A stretch of DNA of 64,000 nt from a virus (IMGVR_UViG_3300045988_068528:1-64000), one strand, 5' to 3'; counted from the stretch's first letter, positions 35,615-43,927 are shown. Translations and numbers: made by a program. Notes: generated from the sequence alone by a model not told the origin.

Positions 35615-35839
35615 TTAGAGCTTGTCGATATTCCAGTGTTCTATCTGAAACTCGTAGTCTCGATTGCTCGTACACTGCGACTGCATAATATCTCTCAGCT
35701 GTCTTACCTGCTCGTTAGTCGCTCCTTTCCAATGCGCCGCCCAACAGCATTTTTCTACAGAACTTCCTACAAATACCACCTCCATACTATTTGAGGAGTG
35801 CCAGCTGTCACATTTGTATAAAATATAGATTTCTTTCAT
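35615..35839 (-). CDS. small hypothetical protein
   Basis: 74-aa ORF. Confidence 0.5.
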   Translation of the reverse strand: MKEIYILYKCDSWHSSNSMEVVFVGSSVEKCCWAAHWKGATNEQVRQLRDIMQSQCTSNRDYEFQIEHWNIDKL

Positions 35840-35847
35840 AAGGCGAA

Positions 35848-36003
35848 TTAATTATAATTACACATTATTTCTGTCTCACTGATAATTTCAGCACAATGCT
35901 TGCAGCGATGGCACATTATGTAGCCTTTTGCCTGTAATTTGCTGAACTTCGGGTATGGGCATTTCTCACCCATACCGGCTCTCGTAATCTCAATTTTAAT
36001 CAT
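35848..36003 (-). CDS. small zinc-ribbon-like protein (start at MIKIEIT)
   Basis: It has CPYP...CHRCKHC cysteine pairs and the cassette context. Confidence 0.5.
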   Translation of the reverse strand: MIKIEITRAGMGEKCPYPKFSKLQAKGYIMCHRCKHCAEIISETEIMCNYN

Positions 36004-36061
36004 ATTCAATCTGTATTGGTTAATAGAAATCCCCACCCGTGAGAGTGAAGATTGGTTTGGC

Positions 36062-36265
36062 TTAATACAGAAGAGCTCTGAAACAAAGCTTGTCGCTTAT
36101 TACACCATCTTTCTGTAGCCCGTCCTTCCAGTCATTGAAAGTCATGTTCAAGTCAAGGTTGAACTTTGTCTTCTTGCCAGTGTAGTCGATACCACACTCG
36201 TCGCAAAACTGCCAGAATGCTTCACGAAGCTGCTTCTGGTTTGTGATCTGATATTTATTCGCCAT
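36062..36265 (-). CDS. small hypothetical protein
   Basis: 67-aa ORF. Confidence 0.55.
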   Translation of the reverse strand: MANKYQITNQKQLREAFWQFCDECGIDYTGKKTKFNLDLNMTFNDWKDGLQKDGVISDKLCFRALLY

Positions 36266-36299
36266 AATTCAAATAATTTATCTTGGTTAAACAATAGAA

Positions 36300-36323
36300 G
36301 GCACGCTCAGACATGGGCGCACC
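36300..36323 (-). promoter_or_regulatory. cassette hairpin (example with two strand-specific wobbles)
   Basis: In the minus sense GGUGCGC/GCGUGCC pairs with two G-U wobbles. In the plus sense these are two C-A/A-C mismatches. Confidence 0.6.
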
Positions 36324-36337
36324 TTTTTAGGCAAATA

Positions 36338-36595
36338 CTACTCTTCTTCATCTTCATCCTCTTCCTCTTCTTCGTCTTCGTCAAGACAATAATAGCTGTC
36401 AATCTCATCTGTGCCGGAGTAGCCTTCATCTTTACACTGCTCGTAACTGCGTAGTCCTGTCTTGGCATAAATAATGTCTGTCATCGTTTCCTCGTTCAAG
36501 CCATTTATATACGAGACAAGTCTAACCTCGTCCTCTGTGGCGATATTGTTGTCAACAATGAAATCCCACAGCATAGCCTCAATACTTTCTTTCAT
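36338..36595 (-). CDS. small protein with a poly-acidic C-terminal tail
   Basis: 85-aa ORF ending DEDEEEEEDEDEEE. Confidence 0.55.
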   Translation of the reverse strand: MKESIEAMLWDFIVDNNIATEDEVRLVSYINGLNEETMTDIIYAKTGLRSYEQCKDEGYSGTDEIDSYYCLDEDEEEEEDEDEEE

Positions 36596-36653
36596 ATCCT
36601 TTGAATATTTAGTTAATAATAGCTCCCACGTGTCTCCACGCAGGATTTTTGGC

Positions 36654-37058
36654 TTAATAGAGATACTTGTCTGTGTTCACTCCAAGGATATAGGCGAGTT
36701 CAAGCATCTTCTTTGCTATATTCTTGAACCAGTCTCCCACAAAATTGTGGTCATGGCATTTCCATAACTTTCCAATCTGCTCGATGTCGTAATCCGCAAA
36801 CGCTATGTTTACGGTACTACACAACCCTTGGAGCCAGTCTGTAAGCAGACTAAGACGTGATAATCTACGCTTGTCGTTCTTTACCATCTCCTCGTGGAAC
36901 ATCTTGAATGCGAACTCGATTTTCATCTTGTCGCTCAAGACGCTGACATCTACGTCGTTGGAGTGGATGGAATCCAATATATATGAATACCATTTCATAT
37001 TCTGCTCACTCATCTCGGCAGCTGTTCTGATAGCTGCAATTTCCTGTTTTTCGTTCAT
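36654..37058 (-). CDS. hypothetical protein (start at MNEKQEI)
   Basis: Cassette AGAATTATG context. Confidence 0.55.
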   Translation of the reverse strand: MNEKQEIAAIRTAAEMSEQNMKWYSYILDSIHSNDVDVSVLSDKMKIEFAFKMFHEEMVKNDKRRLSRLSLLTDWLQGLCSTVNIAFADYDIEQIGKLWKCHDHNFVGDWFKNIAKKMLELAYILGVNTDKYLY

Positions 37059-37118
37059 AATTCTCATTTTTATGGTTCAACATGGTTTCTGCGCAGATAG
37101 GCTGCACAGAATGTTTGG

Positions 37119-37295
37119 CTAGAATTTGCGAGGGCGCATATAGGCACGCTCGATCTCCTGAGCTTTTCTGTCCACTCGTGCCGTACGTCTGAAATACTCG
37201 CTCTTGTCGAGTTTCTTTCTCGCACACTCCTCGCTGATAACCGCCTTGTGACTCGCTACGAGCCTTGCAAGGAATCTTCTGTCTCCGTCTGTCAT
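37119..37295 (-). CDS. small basic hypothetical protein (58 aa)
   Basis: Hand translation gives MTDGDRRFLARLVASHKAVISEECARKKL... It is flanked by cassettes and is below the track cutoff. Confidence 0.45.
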   Translation of the reverse strand: MTDGDRRFLARLVASHKAVISEECARKKLDKSEYFRRTARVDRKAQEIERAYMRPRKF

Positions 37296-37340
37296 AATTC
37301 TGATTTTGATTTGGTTAATAATTGGAGGCGTAGCAAATAA

Positions 37341-37505
37341 CTACGCCGGGTCTGGTCTAAAGCTGTACGTAAGAAGCCACTCGCAATTTAAGGCACTGTG
37401 GAAATCCCTTGCGGCTCTCTCTCCCCATCCTCGTGGTTTGTATGCGTCTTCTTTCAAATACTTCTCTACAAGCTTCTCTAGCTGAGTCTTTTCTTCTGCT
37501 GTCAT
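37341..37505 (-). CDS. small hypothetical protein (start at MTAEEKT)
   Basis: Cassette context. Confidence 0.5.
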   Translation of the reverse strand: MTAEEKTQLEKLVEKYLKEDAYKPRGWGERAARDFHSALNCEWLLTYSFRPDPA

Positions 37506-37562
37506 AATATATTCTGTTTTGGTTAATAGCAGGCAGCACATTATCGTACTGCCCAGTTCTGG

Positions 37563-37832
37563 CTAGAGATTGTACAGCGGGCTTTCGGAAGCATACAGAA
37601 TCGTAGGACCGGTGAGGATGGAGAATGCACAAGGGTCGAAACTTTCGATTTTCTTCATGCTCTCGATATGCTTCTGAATTTCTGCTCGTATGGATGACAG
37701 ACTCAATCTGCCATCAACTGGCAAGATAGAATCCATACCAGTCATTTCCACGATACTGAAATCATCTGTAAATCTCATGTTCACAAGGTCAAACTTGTTA
37801 ATCTTGTGATAAAATTGTACCCATTTACTCAT
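37563..37832 (-). CDS. small hypothetical protein
   Basis: 89-aa ORF. Confidence 0.55.
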   Translation of the reverse strand: MSKWVQFYHKINKFDLVNMRFTDDFSIVEMTGMDSILPVDGRLSLSSIRAEIQKHIESMKKIESFDPCAFSILTGPTILYASESPLYNL

Positions 37833-37881
37833 AATTCTACATTTTTGGTTTATAGGAGAGGGAGAAATAACTCCCTCAAAT

Positions 37882-38157
37882 TCAGGCTGTGTGCTCCTTG
37901 ATGAAATCCGTGAGATCTGCTAACTCGGAATCAATTTCCTCACGGCTATCTACGCAGGACAGATTTAGATAAAGGGCATCATCGACGGAAACATTTGTAT
38001 ACACGGAAATATATTCTCCTTTTTTGCCCACGCTTATCTCGAAGATCAGCTTCTCGTTACCAAACAAGTCACGCTGCATCTCCTGCAATCTAGGCAGGAC
38101 CACCTTGCGCAGATAGTCTCTGCACTCTTCCCATTTAGGGTACTCTAATTTCTTCAT
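37882..38157 (-). CDS. small hypothetical protein (start at MKKLEYP)
   Basis: Cassette context. Confidence 0.55.
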   Translation of the reverse strand: MKKLEYPKWEECRDYLRKVVLPRLQEMQRDLFGNEKLIFEISVGKKGEYISVYTNVSVDDALYLNLSCVDSREEIDSELADLTDFIKEHTA

Positions 38158-38206
38158 AATCTTAAAATATTGGTGAATAGTATGCGTGACAATCGCCACG
38201 CACATT

Positions 38207-38383
38207 TTAGCCCATGCACAGCACCGCTATCTCCGAGAAACTTTTGGAGATAGCCTCCTTGCTACGATAATCTCTGTAGCCTCTAGTATTGTTGTTGTGC
38301 CACTGGCGTGCAGCAATTTTAATTTTCTCCATCTCGTGGAGCAATGCACGTTCGAAGTTCTTTTGTGATTTTCTGTCTTGCAT
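38207..38383 (-). CDS. small hypothetical protein (start at MQDRKSQ)
   Basis: Cassette context. Confidence 0.5.
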   Translation of the reverse strand: MQDRKSQKNFERALLHEMEKIKIAARQWHNNNTRGYRDYRSKEAISKSFSEIAVLCMG

Positions 38384-38445
38384 AATTCTTCCGTTTAAAT
38401 GGTTTAACATAGTATGCCCAGGAAAATGCCTGAGCACATTTTTGG

Positions 38446-38775
38446 CTACTCGTACTTGTTGAGCATGAAAATCATAATAACACCATCGCCATTCTGGAGA
38501 GTCTGGCACTTGTTCTCGTCATTCATTATGCTTTCGCATATTCTCTCAAAGAACGGATATGGGTCTCCGTCAATACTCTTGTAATACCATGCCATGTACG
38601 TACCAGGGATGAGAGGATAAGAATCCTCAGGATCTCCGCCGAATACGTCACACGCCTGTGTATCAATCAGAACACGACGTACAGAGAAATTGCCCTCAAC
38701 TTCCTGTGCGTCCATTCCACGCAAGAGGTCGATAACCTCATTCTTGCTCAAATCTTGCTTTAATATTCTATCCAT
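38446..38775 (-). CDS. hypothetical protein
   Basis: 109-aa ORF. Confidence 0.55.
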   Translation of the reverse strand: MDRILKQDLSKNEVIDLLRGMDAQEVEGNFSVRRVLIDTQACDVFGGDPEDSYPLIPGTYMAWYYKSIDGDPYPFFERICESIMNDENKCQTLQNGDGVIMIFMLNKYE

Positions 38776-38837
38776 ATTTCTCTAATAATTTGGTTAATAC
38801 TAGATACCGCCCGAATATCTCCAAGCGGTAGTTTTGG

Positions 38838-39047
38838 CTAGTCACAGATATCCTCTATCTGCTGATGGATGGCATCTATCATTATGCAGATAATAAATAG
38901 ACCGCACATTTCAAGAACCGCAGAATATAAAACGGCTTGAAAATCTCCAAGCACAAATCCTACGATGGCAATGAAACCACATACGAAACTTGTAACTAAT
39001 ACGAGCGCAGCAGATAGCACGCCCTTTCTTACGATATACTTTTCCAT
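38838..39047 (-). CDS. small membrane protein
   Basis: 69 aa with two hydrophobic helices. Confidence 0.55.
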   Translation of the reverse strand: MEKYIVRKGVLSAALVLVTSFVCGFIAIVGFVLGDFQAVLYSAVLEMCGLFIICIMIDAIHQQIEDICD

Positions 39048-39149
39048 AATTCTCTTGTTTAACTGGTTATATTATCGTACTGCCTGGATTCCTCCAAGCA
39101 GAATTTAGGTAAATGTTTCCAAGCACAATTATCGTACTTTCCAAATCTC

Positions 39150-39383
39150 TCACGCTCCAGGCAGTACGAAACTTTCCAAGCGGAGCGTGGATCGCCACAG
39201 CTCACGGAAATACCACTTGCCCTTTTTCGTACTGCTCCAAATATTCACAAGCAGAATTCCGTAAAGAATTCCAAGCAGAATTACGATAATATTCGTACTT
39301 GCCAAGCAGATGAATATTGGCGATGTCTGAATAAATCCAAGCACAATTATCGTACTTGAATAAATAATCTGTCTTGCTTTCAT
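39150..39383 (-). CDS. small membrane protein (start at MKARQII)
   Basis: It has the cassette context and internal IIVLG-type repeats. Confidence 0.5.
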   Translation of the reverse strand: MKARQIIYSSTIIVLGFIQTSPIFICLASTNIIVILLGILYGILLVNIWSSTKKGKWYFRELWRSTLRLESFVLPGA

Positions 39384-39448
39384 ATCTATATTTAATTGGT
39401 AATTGTTCCGTAGCCACACACGACAATTATCGTACTGGCTACGGATTT

Positions 39449-39577
39449 TTAGGCTAGAAACAGAGCTAGAGTATTATTGCGCCACGAGATAAACTCCACA
39501 CGATTGTATATGGTCTGTCTGTCTGCAATAATTCTCTCCATCATTCTCTGTCCTCTGCAATCGAAATTCTGTATCAT
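39449..39577 (-). CDS. small hypothetical protein (42 aa)
   Basis: Hand translation gives MIQNFDCRGQRMMERIIADRQ... The stop lies inside a GCCTAAAA motif and a cassette lies upstream. Confidence 0.4.
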   Translation of the reverse strand: MIQNFDCRGQRMMERIIADRQTIYNRVEFISWRNNTLALFLA

Positions 39578-40440
39578 AATCTATATGTTTAAATGGTTTG
39601 TAATTGTAGGGCGGAGATTTCTCGCCGCCCCGTTAGCCAGGATGTGCATCTTTGCACCACGTTTTATCTTTATCGTCTTAACTACGTGGCTCACACCCTA
39701 CAGATTTTATGCTTCTGCCAGCAGCTTGTTTATTTCTGAGGAGATAAATCTCGCACGGATGACAAGCAACCGCTTTCAGAAAGTGTGTTTTATATTCGCC
39801 AGCCCACACTTTAAAAACTCTGGGCGAATATGATGTGCAGGAAAATCCCTACAACGGAAACCACTCCACGTGCCATCCAACACGTAGCCTTTCAGGATAT
39901 CTCGTATCCCTTAACCCGCAGCCAACGGGATAGAATATGAATTATGATTTCTTTCTAATTTCTCCCGGTACGCCTTATAATCACACTGCGCCCGTATCGC
40001 ACAACTTTCGTTCTGTCTCCATTCGTACCCTTGCCGTCGGTTAGCCTTCAATCCTCGCAAGGTCGTTTGACCGCCTCGCTCCTGTGCCTGTGCTCCCTGT
40101 GTCCGCTCCTGTGATACGCTCCACAGAAATCTCAGTCTCTTATATTCTGTTTCACGTATCACGGAGAGACACCGCTCGCCGCCGGTAGTTGGTACGTCTG
40201 AGGATGACCGCCCCAGTTGTGCCGCCTAAAAAATATTTCGTATGTTTCGCTAGATTTTCCGCTTGAAAATCTAACAGACAAGTTACGTTTTCAATTTTAG
40301 CCACAATTAAAAATTGTGTTTATCCTACATACCACGAAAAGGTATTGAAAAATAATGTAGGGAAAATTTATATTGAAACAATTCTGAAAAATAAATCTAA
40401 AAAAAATATTCTAGAAAAAATCTTTCTAGAATATAGGCAC

Positions 40441-40473
40441 GAAAAAATAAGGTAGTGGAAAAATCCCACTACC
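40441..40473 (-). terminator. intrinsic terminator after the 40484-41041 gene
   Basis: Stem GGTAGTGG/CCACTACC followed on the minus strand by TTATTTTTTC. Confidence 0.65.
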
Positions 40474-40483
40474 TTATTTATTG

Positions 40484-41041
40484 TTACTTTGTTGCTGCTT
40501 TCTTTGCTTTTTCACGGTCTGCTCTCATTTTTGCGACCATTTTTTCAAACTCACTATCAGAAAGTACACTAGTATCTGCATTTTCGAGTCTTGCTTTAGC
40601 TGCTGCTTTCGCTGCCTTTTTCTCGCTTGCTGCCTTTCTAGCTGCATTTTTTCCGCTTATATAGGTAGCATACAAATTGTTAAGGAAACTAAGTAAACGT
40701 GTTTCTGTATCAGTACAAATATCTGAAATTTCTTGTAATTTGTGATTTTTTGCAACCCATACAAGGAAATCGAAATCCTCCTTAAGCTCTGCAAACTCCT
40801 TAATTGCTCTTTGCAGAATATTAGTCTGAATATCTCCTAAATTAGTGCGCAAAAGATACTCATTTTCTGTTCTCTTATAAGCTGCTACTGCTGCTGCCTT
40901 TTTGGCTGCTGCAATTGCTAACTCACTATCTGTAACTGCTAACTGATTGTTTACGTGTTCCTCTTTAATTGCAGAAACGCCCAAAACATCATTTGCGAAA
41001 TTGGAAATAATTGCACTTTCAATCTGTTCATTTGTCTTCAT
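40484..41041 (-). CDS. Ala/Lys-rich hypothetical protein in its own transcription unit (start at MKTNEQI)
   Basis: The track ORF is 190 aa. AKKAA-type repeats occur at both the centre and the C-terminus. Confidence 0.55.
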   Translation of the reverse strand: MKTNEQIESAIISNFANDVLGVSAIKEEHVNNQLAVTDSELAIAAAKKAAAVAAYKRTENEYLLRTNLGDIQTNILQRAIKEFAELKEDFDFLVWVAKNHKLQEISDICTDTETRLLSFLNNLYATYISGKNAARKAASEKKAAKAAAKARLENADTSVLSDSEFEKMVAKMRADREKAKKAATK

Positions 41042-41169
41042 AATAACTCCTAGCACTTATTTAAACCCCTTGCAATCGGGCATTAATATGAATTGTTTCA
41101 ATGTGTCGTACGGGGTCGCACCGCACACCTACACTTAGGTGTCCTTTTGCTATTCTTCAATAGCTGCTG

Positions 41170-41177
41170 CAAAGGTA
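41170..41177 (-). promoter_or_regulatory. -7 box TACCTTTG (leftward)
   Basis: The plus strand reads CAAAGGTA. Confidence 0.45.
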
Positions 41178-41306
41178 CAAACAATCTTTTAAACTCTTGT
41201 AAATAATTCCGAAAATATTTGTTAGTTTATGCTTTTTTAACTCTTTTGTAACTTACTAGTATTTATGTACGTTTGCGCTTTATAGTCTTCTAATATGGGA
41301 TATAGC

Positions 41307-41341
41307 TAAAAAGCCCTTTATTTGCCGTTTAAGGGCTTTTT
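41307..41341. terminator. bidirectional intrinsic terminator
   Basis: AAAAAGCCCTT-(12 nt)-AAGGGCTTTTT. Confidence 0.6.
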
Positions 41342-41442
41342 AATAGTGTTCCTTACTATTAATAAGGTATGCAGATTAAACCCTCTTAAATCTCAAATTT
41401 GACTATATATCATCAAAAACAAAAAAAATGTAATACGTATTA

Positions 41443-41466
41443 CAAAGGTATAGTCTTTTATCTTTG
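41443..41466. promoter_or_regulatory. back-to-back divergent -7 boxes: TACCTTTG (minus, 41443-50) and TATCTTTG (plus, 41459-66)
   Basis: Both are exact TAnnTTTG matches. Confidence 0.45.
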
Positions 41467-41499
41467 CACTTTATATTCTTCTATTGTACGTATTGAAAA

Positions 41500-41730
41500 T
41501 GCAACCAGTTAGAAAATAGTTAGAATAATATATAACAAAATATATGCTTTATAACATATCGAAAATGGTAATTACATACAACAAATAATATGTTATATAG
41601 CATTTATAAGGTAATAACATATAACAAAAAGGGGGTAAATTCTAGAAAATAGCTAAATTCTCATAACTACCTAATAATCAGCTATTTAGATAGTGTAATT
41701 TTACACTATAGTGCTTTTATGTTAGTTTAT
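41500..41730. repeat. iteron-like and palindromic repeats in an AT-rich region (possible ori or operator cluster)
   Basis: ATAACATAT occurs at 41572, 41613 (inverted) and 41641. TATAACAAAA occurs twice. The palindrome TAGTGTAA-tt-TTACACTA lies near 41703-41720. AAATAGCT/AGCTATTT form an inverted pair. Confidence 0.5.
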
Positions 41731-42209
41731 GCTAGTAAAATAAGGGTGAAATAATATGTAAAGGTATGGAAATAAAATGCAAGCTAAATGGCTGATTATT
41801 AGAGGGTTACAAGAATTTTGGGATATTATAAACCAACATTTTTAAATGTAAAGAAAATATACTCATTTTGATAGTTTATACTATATAAACCAATGCAATT
41901 TGTAATAACTTTTCATGAAGCACCCCCGCACCCCCTTTGCAGCCCATAAATCCAGCGGGTAGTCACCTCTTCTAAAAATTTTTTCTTCCGATTTTTCGAC
42001 CTTCTTGTAAATTAAACTTACTTCGCCTTTAGAAAGTATATTTATGCATATTCATGCACTCACCTATTTTTAACATTTGGCAACATTAACTCCCATATTG
42101 GTGAGCAAAACCATAAATGTATATCTATTATTCATTAAATGTATACTCAAAATGTATATTTATACCCTTTATTTACTAGTGTTTTAGCGTATATTCAGGA
42201 TATTATCTG

Positions 42210-42217
42210 TATCTTTG
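42210..42217 (+). promoter_or_regulatory. -7 box TATCTTTG upstream of the primase operon
   Basis: Exact TAnnTTTG match about 128 nt before ATG 42345. Confidence 0.5.
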
Positions 42218-42344
42218 TACTGTCCTATTTTTAATGGTGACAAGTTGTAAGGACGAGCTGACACGTGTTATCCGTCAGAAATCCCCTGTTTATCGGGGTA
42301 AATCCTACACAATAACGCAAAATTAATATTATTATTGTACACAG

Positions 42345-43907
42345 ATGGAAAATGGTATTGCTATAGACACTTTACACAGTCAGCTTCTCGACCTCACGAG
42401 GGACGGAGAGTACGGTTTCGACGGACTCCGGTGCCAGGACTGGGGCAAGGCTAACTCCGAGAAGTTCAACAGCCTGAAGTCTCAGTTCGTCAGGTCGATG
42501 AGGATGCTGGCGAAGAAAGCTCCGGTGAAGTACTACGGAGGTTCGTACTACATGTTCAACGGAAAGATATACGAGGCTGTTCCGAAGGTGGTCCTTGAGC
42601 AGGCCTACCAGCTTCTGCTTCTCGACCTCGCACTTGCTCCTATGCTCGGTCAGAGTACCGTGATGAACAAGTCGTTCATGGAGGTAATAGAGTGCTACAA
42701 CATACTTAGGCCTTCCTTCGACATAGTTGCCTTCTCCAACGGAGTGGTTGACTTCGGAAGCGGATTGCAGAATCCGAACGTGATGCCGTTCTCTCCGGAG
42801 TACCATGTCACCTACTACCATCCCTATGACTTCAACCCGAAGGCGAAGTGTGACAGGTGGCTGAACTTCATACACGAGGTTCTTCCTGACAGGACATCGA
42901 GGATGATCCTACAGATGTTCCTCGGACTGGGACTGATACAGAGAGGTACGGCGTACAATCCGTACGAGGGAAAGGAGTCGTCGAAGGTTGAACTCTGCCT
43001 TCTCCTTATAGGTACGGGAGCCAACGGAAAGAGTGTCATTTTCGACGTTGCCTGCAACATATTCGGCAAGGATAGGATAAGCAAGATGGACTACGCCGAC
43101 CTCACTGCCGACGGAGACGAGGGAATGAGGGGAAGGTATCCTATCAGGAACGCCATCTTCAACTGGTCTTCCGATTCTGATCCGAAGAAGTTCGGAAAGA
43201 AGAATACGGGTATGTTCAAGAGACTCGTGAGCGGCGAGCCTGTCCCGATGAGAAAGCTCGGAAAGGATATCCTTGAGGGAAACTCAATCCCCTACCTCAT
43301 CTTCAACCTCAACGAGCTTCCGTTCCCAGATGATGCATCGCTCGGATTCATCAGGCGCTTGCAGTACGTGAGCTTCGACGTGACAATCTCCAAGGAGAGG
43401 CAGGACCCGGAGCTTGCCAGCAAGATCATCCGTGAGGAGCTGAGCGGAGTGTTCAACTGGATATTCCGTGGTGCGATGGAGCTGAGGAAGAGGAAGTACC
43501 GGTTCCCTGCGGCTGAGGGAAGCAGGAGACAGCTGCTCATCTCCCTTCTCGGAAGCAATCCTGTCTATGCCTGGATAAGGGCGTACGGAATGAGGTACAG
43601 CCCCGAGGCGAGGGGCGAGATTTCGGAGTGGCTCCTTGCGAAAGACCTTTATGAGAGGTTCGTGGAGTTCTGCAAGGCCAACGATGTCGAGGATAGGGAA
43701 ATCCCTACCATCCAGAAGTTCGGAAGGGACATGAGCGAGAAGTACCGGTTCTTCAAGAAGAGGTCGCAGGGCGGAATGACCTATCAGGTGTACGGCGCGC
43801 AGATGATTGACCTGAAGCAGGAGCTTCTCATCAATGACGTGAAGAATAAATTGCGTGGTGAGGAGGACATCAAGCAGCCGGAGAGCTTCATTCAGCCTGA
43901 TGATTAA
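42345..43907 (+). CDS. DNA primase/helicase, P4/D5-family NTPase
   Basis: 520 aa. Walker A is LLIGTGANGKSV, and the layout is typical of phage/plasmid primase C-terminal domain proteins. Confidence 0.8.
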   Translation: MENGIAIDTLHSQLLDLTRDGEYGFDGLRCQDWGKANSEKFNSLKSQFVRSMRMLAKKAPVKYYGGSYYMFNGKIYEAVPKVVLEQAYQLLLLDLALAPMLGQSTVMNKSFMEVIECYNILRPSFDIVAFSNGVVDFGSGLQNPNVMPFSPEYHVTYYHPYDFNPKAKCDRWLNFIHEVLPDRTSRMILQMFLGLGLIQRGTAYNPYEGKESSKVELCLLLIGTGANGKSVIFDVACNIFGKDRISKMDYADLTADGDEGMRGRYPIRNAIFNWSSDSDPKKFGKKNTGMFKRLVSGEPVPMRKLGKDILEGNSIPYLIFNLNELPFPDDASLGFIRRLQYVSFDVTISKERQDPELASKIIREELSGVFNWIFRGAMELRKRKYRFPAAEGSRRQLLISLLGSNPVYAWIRAYGMRYSPEARGEISEWLLAKDLYERFVEFCKANDVEDREIPTIQKFGRDMSEKYRFFKKRSQGGMTYQVYGAQMIDLKQELLINDVKNKLRGEEDIKQPESFIQPDD

Positions 43908-43927
43908 CGGTTATAAAACAGATTTCT

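Larger units (their letters stand above)
22840..39640 (-). repeat. array of about 32 copies of a three-part intergenic cassette. In mRNA sense it reads stop-GCC(A/T)AAA, then a variable 5-10 bp hairpin, then (A/T)TTAACCA(A/T)A, then 6-12 nt, then AGAATT-ATG.
   Basis: On the plus strand it appears as CATAATTCT...TTGGTTAA...hairpin...TTT(T)AGGC or TTTGGC. It occurs at the starts of genes at 23240, 23560, 24636, 25238, 25868, 26356, 27119, 27678, 28954, 29463, 32074, 32286, 32562, 33051, 33362, 33742, 34646, 35259, 35551, 36003, 36265, 36595, 37058, 37295, 37505, 37832, 38157, 38383, 38775, 39047, 39383 and 39577. Confidence 0.85.

Noticed and set aside
22840-39640. CRISPR array or integron attC sites as the explanation for the repeated hairpin junctions.
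   Set aside because: It is not a CRISPR array. The repeated parts are short flanking motifs, the hairpins differ in sequence, and the spacers are whole genes. As for integrons, the plus-strand ends TTTTAGGC/GTTAGGC resemble the integron core GTTRRRY, but the other flank (TTGGTTAA) is not its inverse complement. The canonical R''/R' pairing of attC therefore cannot form. I keep only the general cassette-shuffling idea as a hypothesis.
39911-40162. 83-aa minus-strand ORF (R/Q/E-rich).
   Set aside because: The peptide is low-complexity and overlaps the 13-nt periodic GCTCC repeats. The ORF lacks the cassette that precedes every other gene in the array. It is not annotated as a CDS and is discussed as a finding instead.
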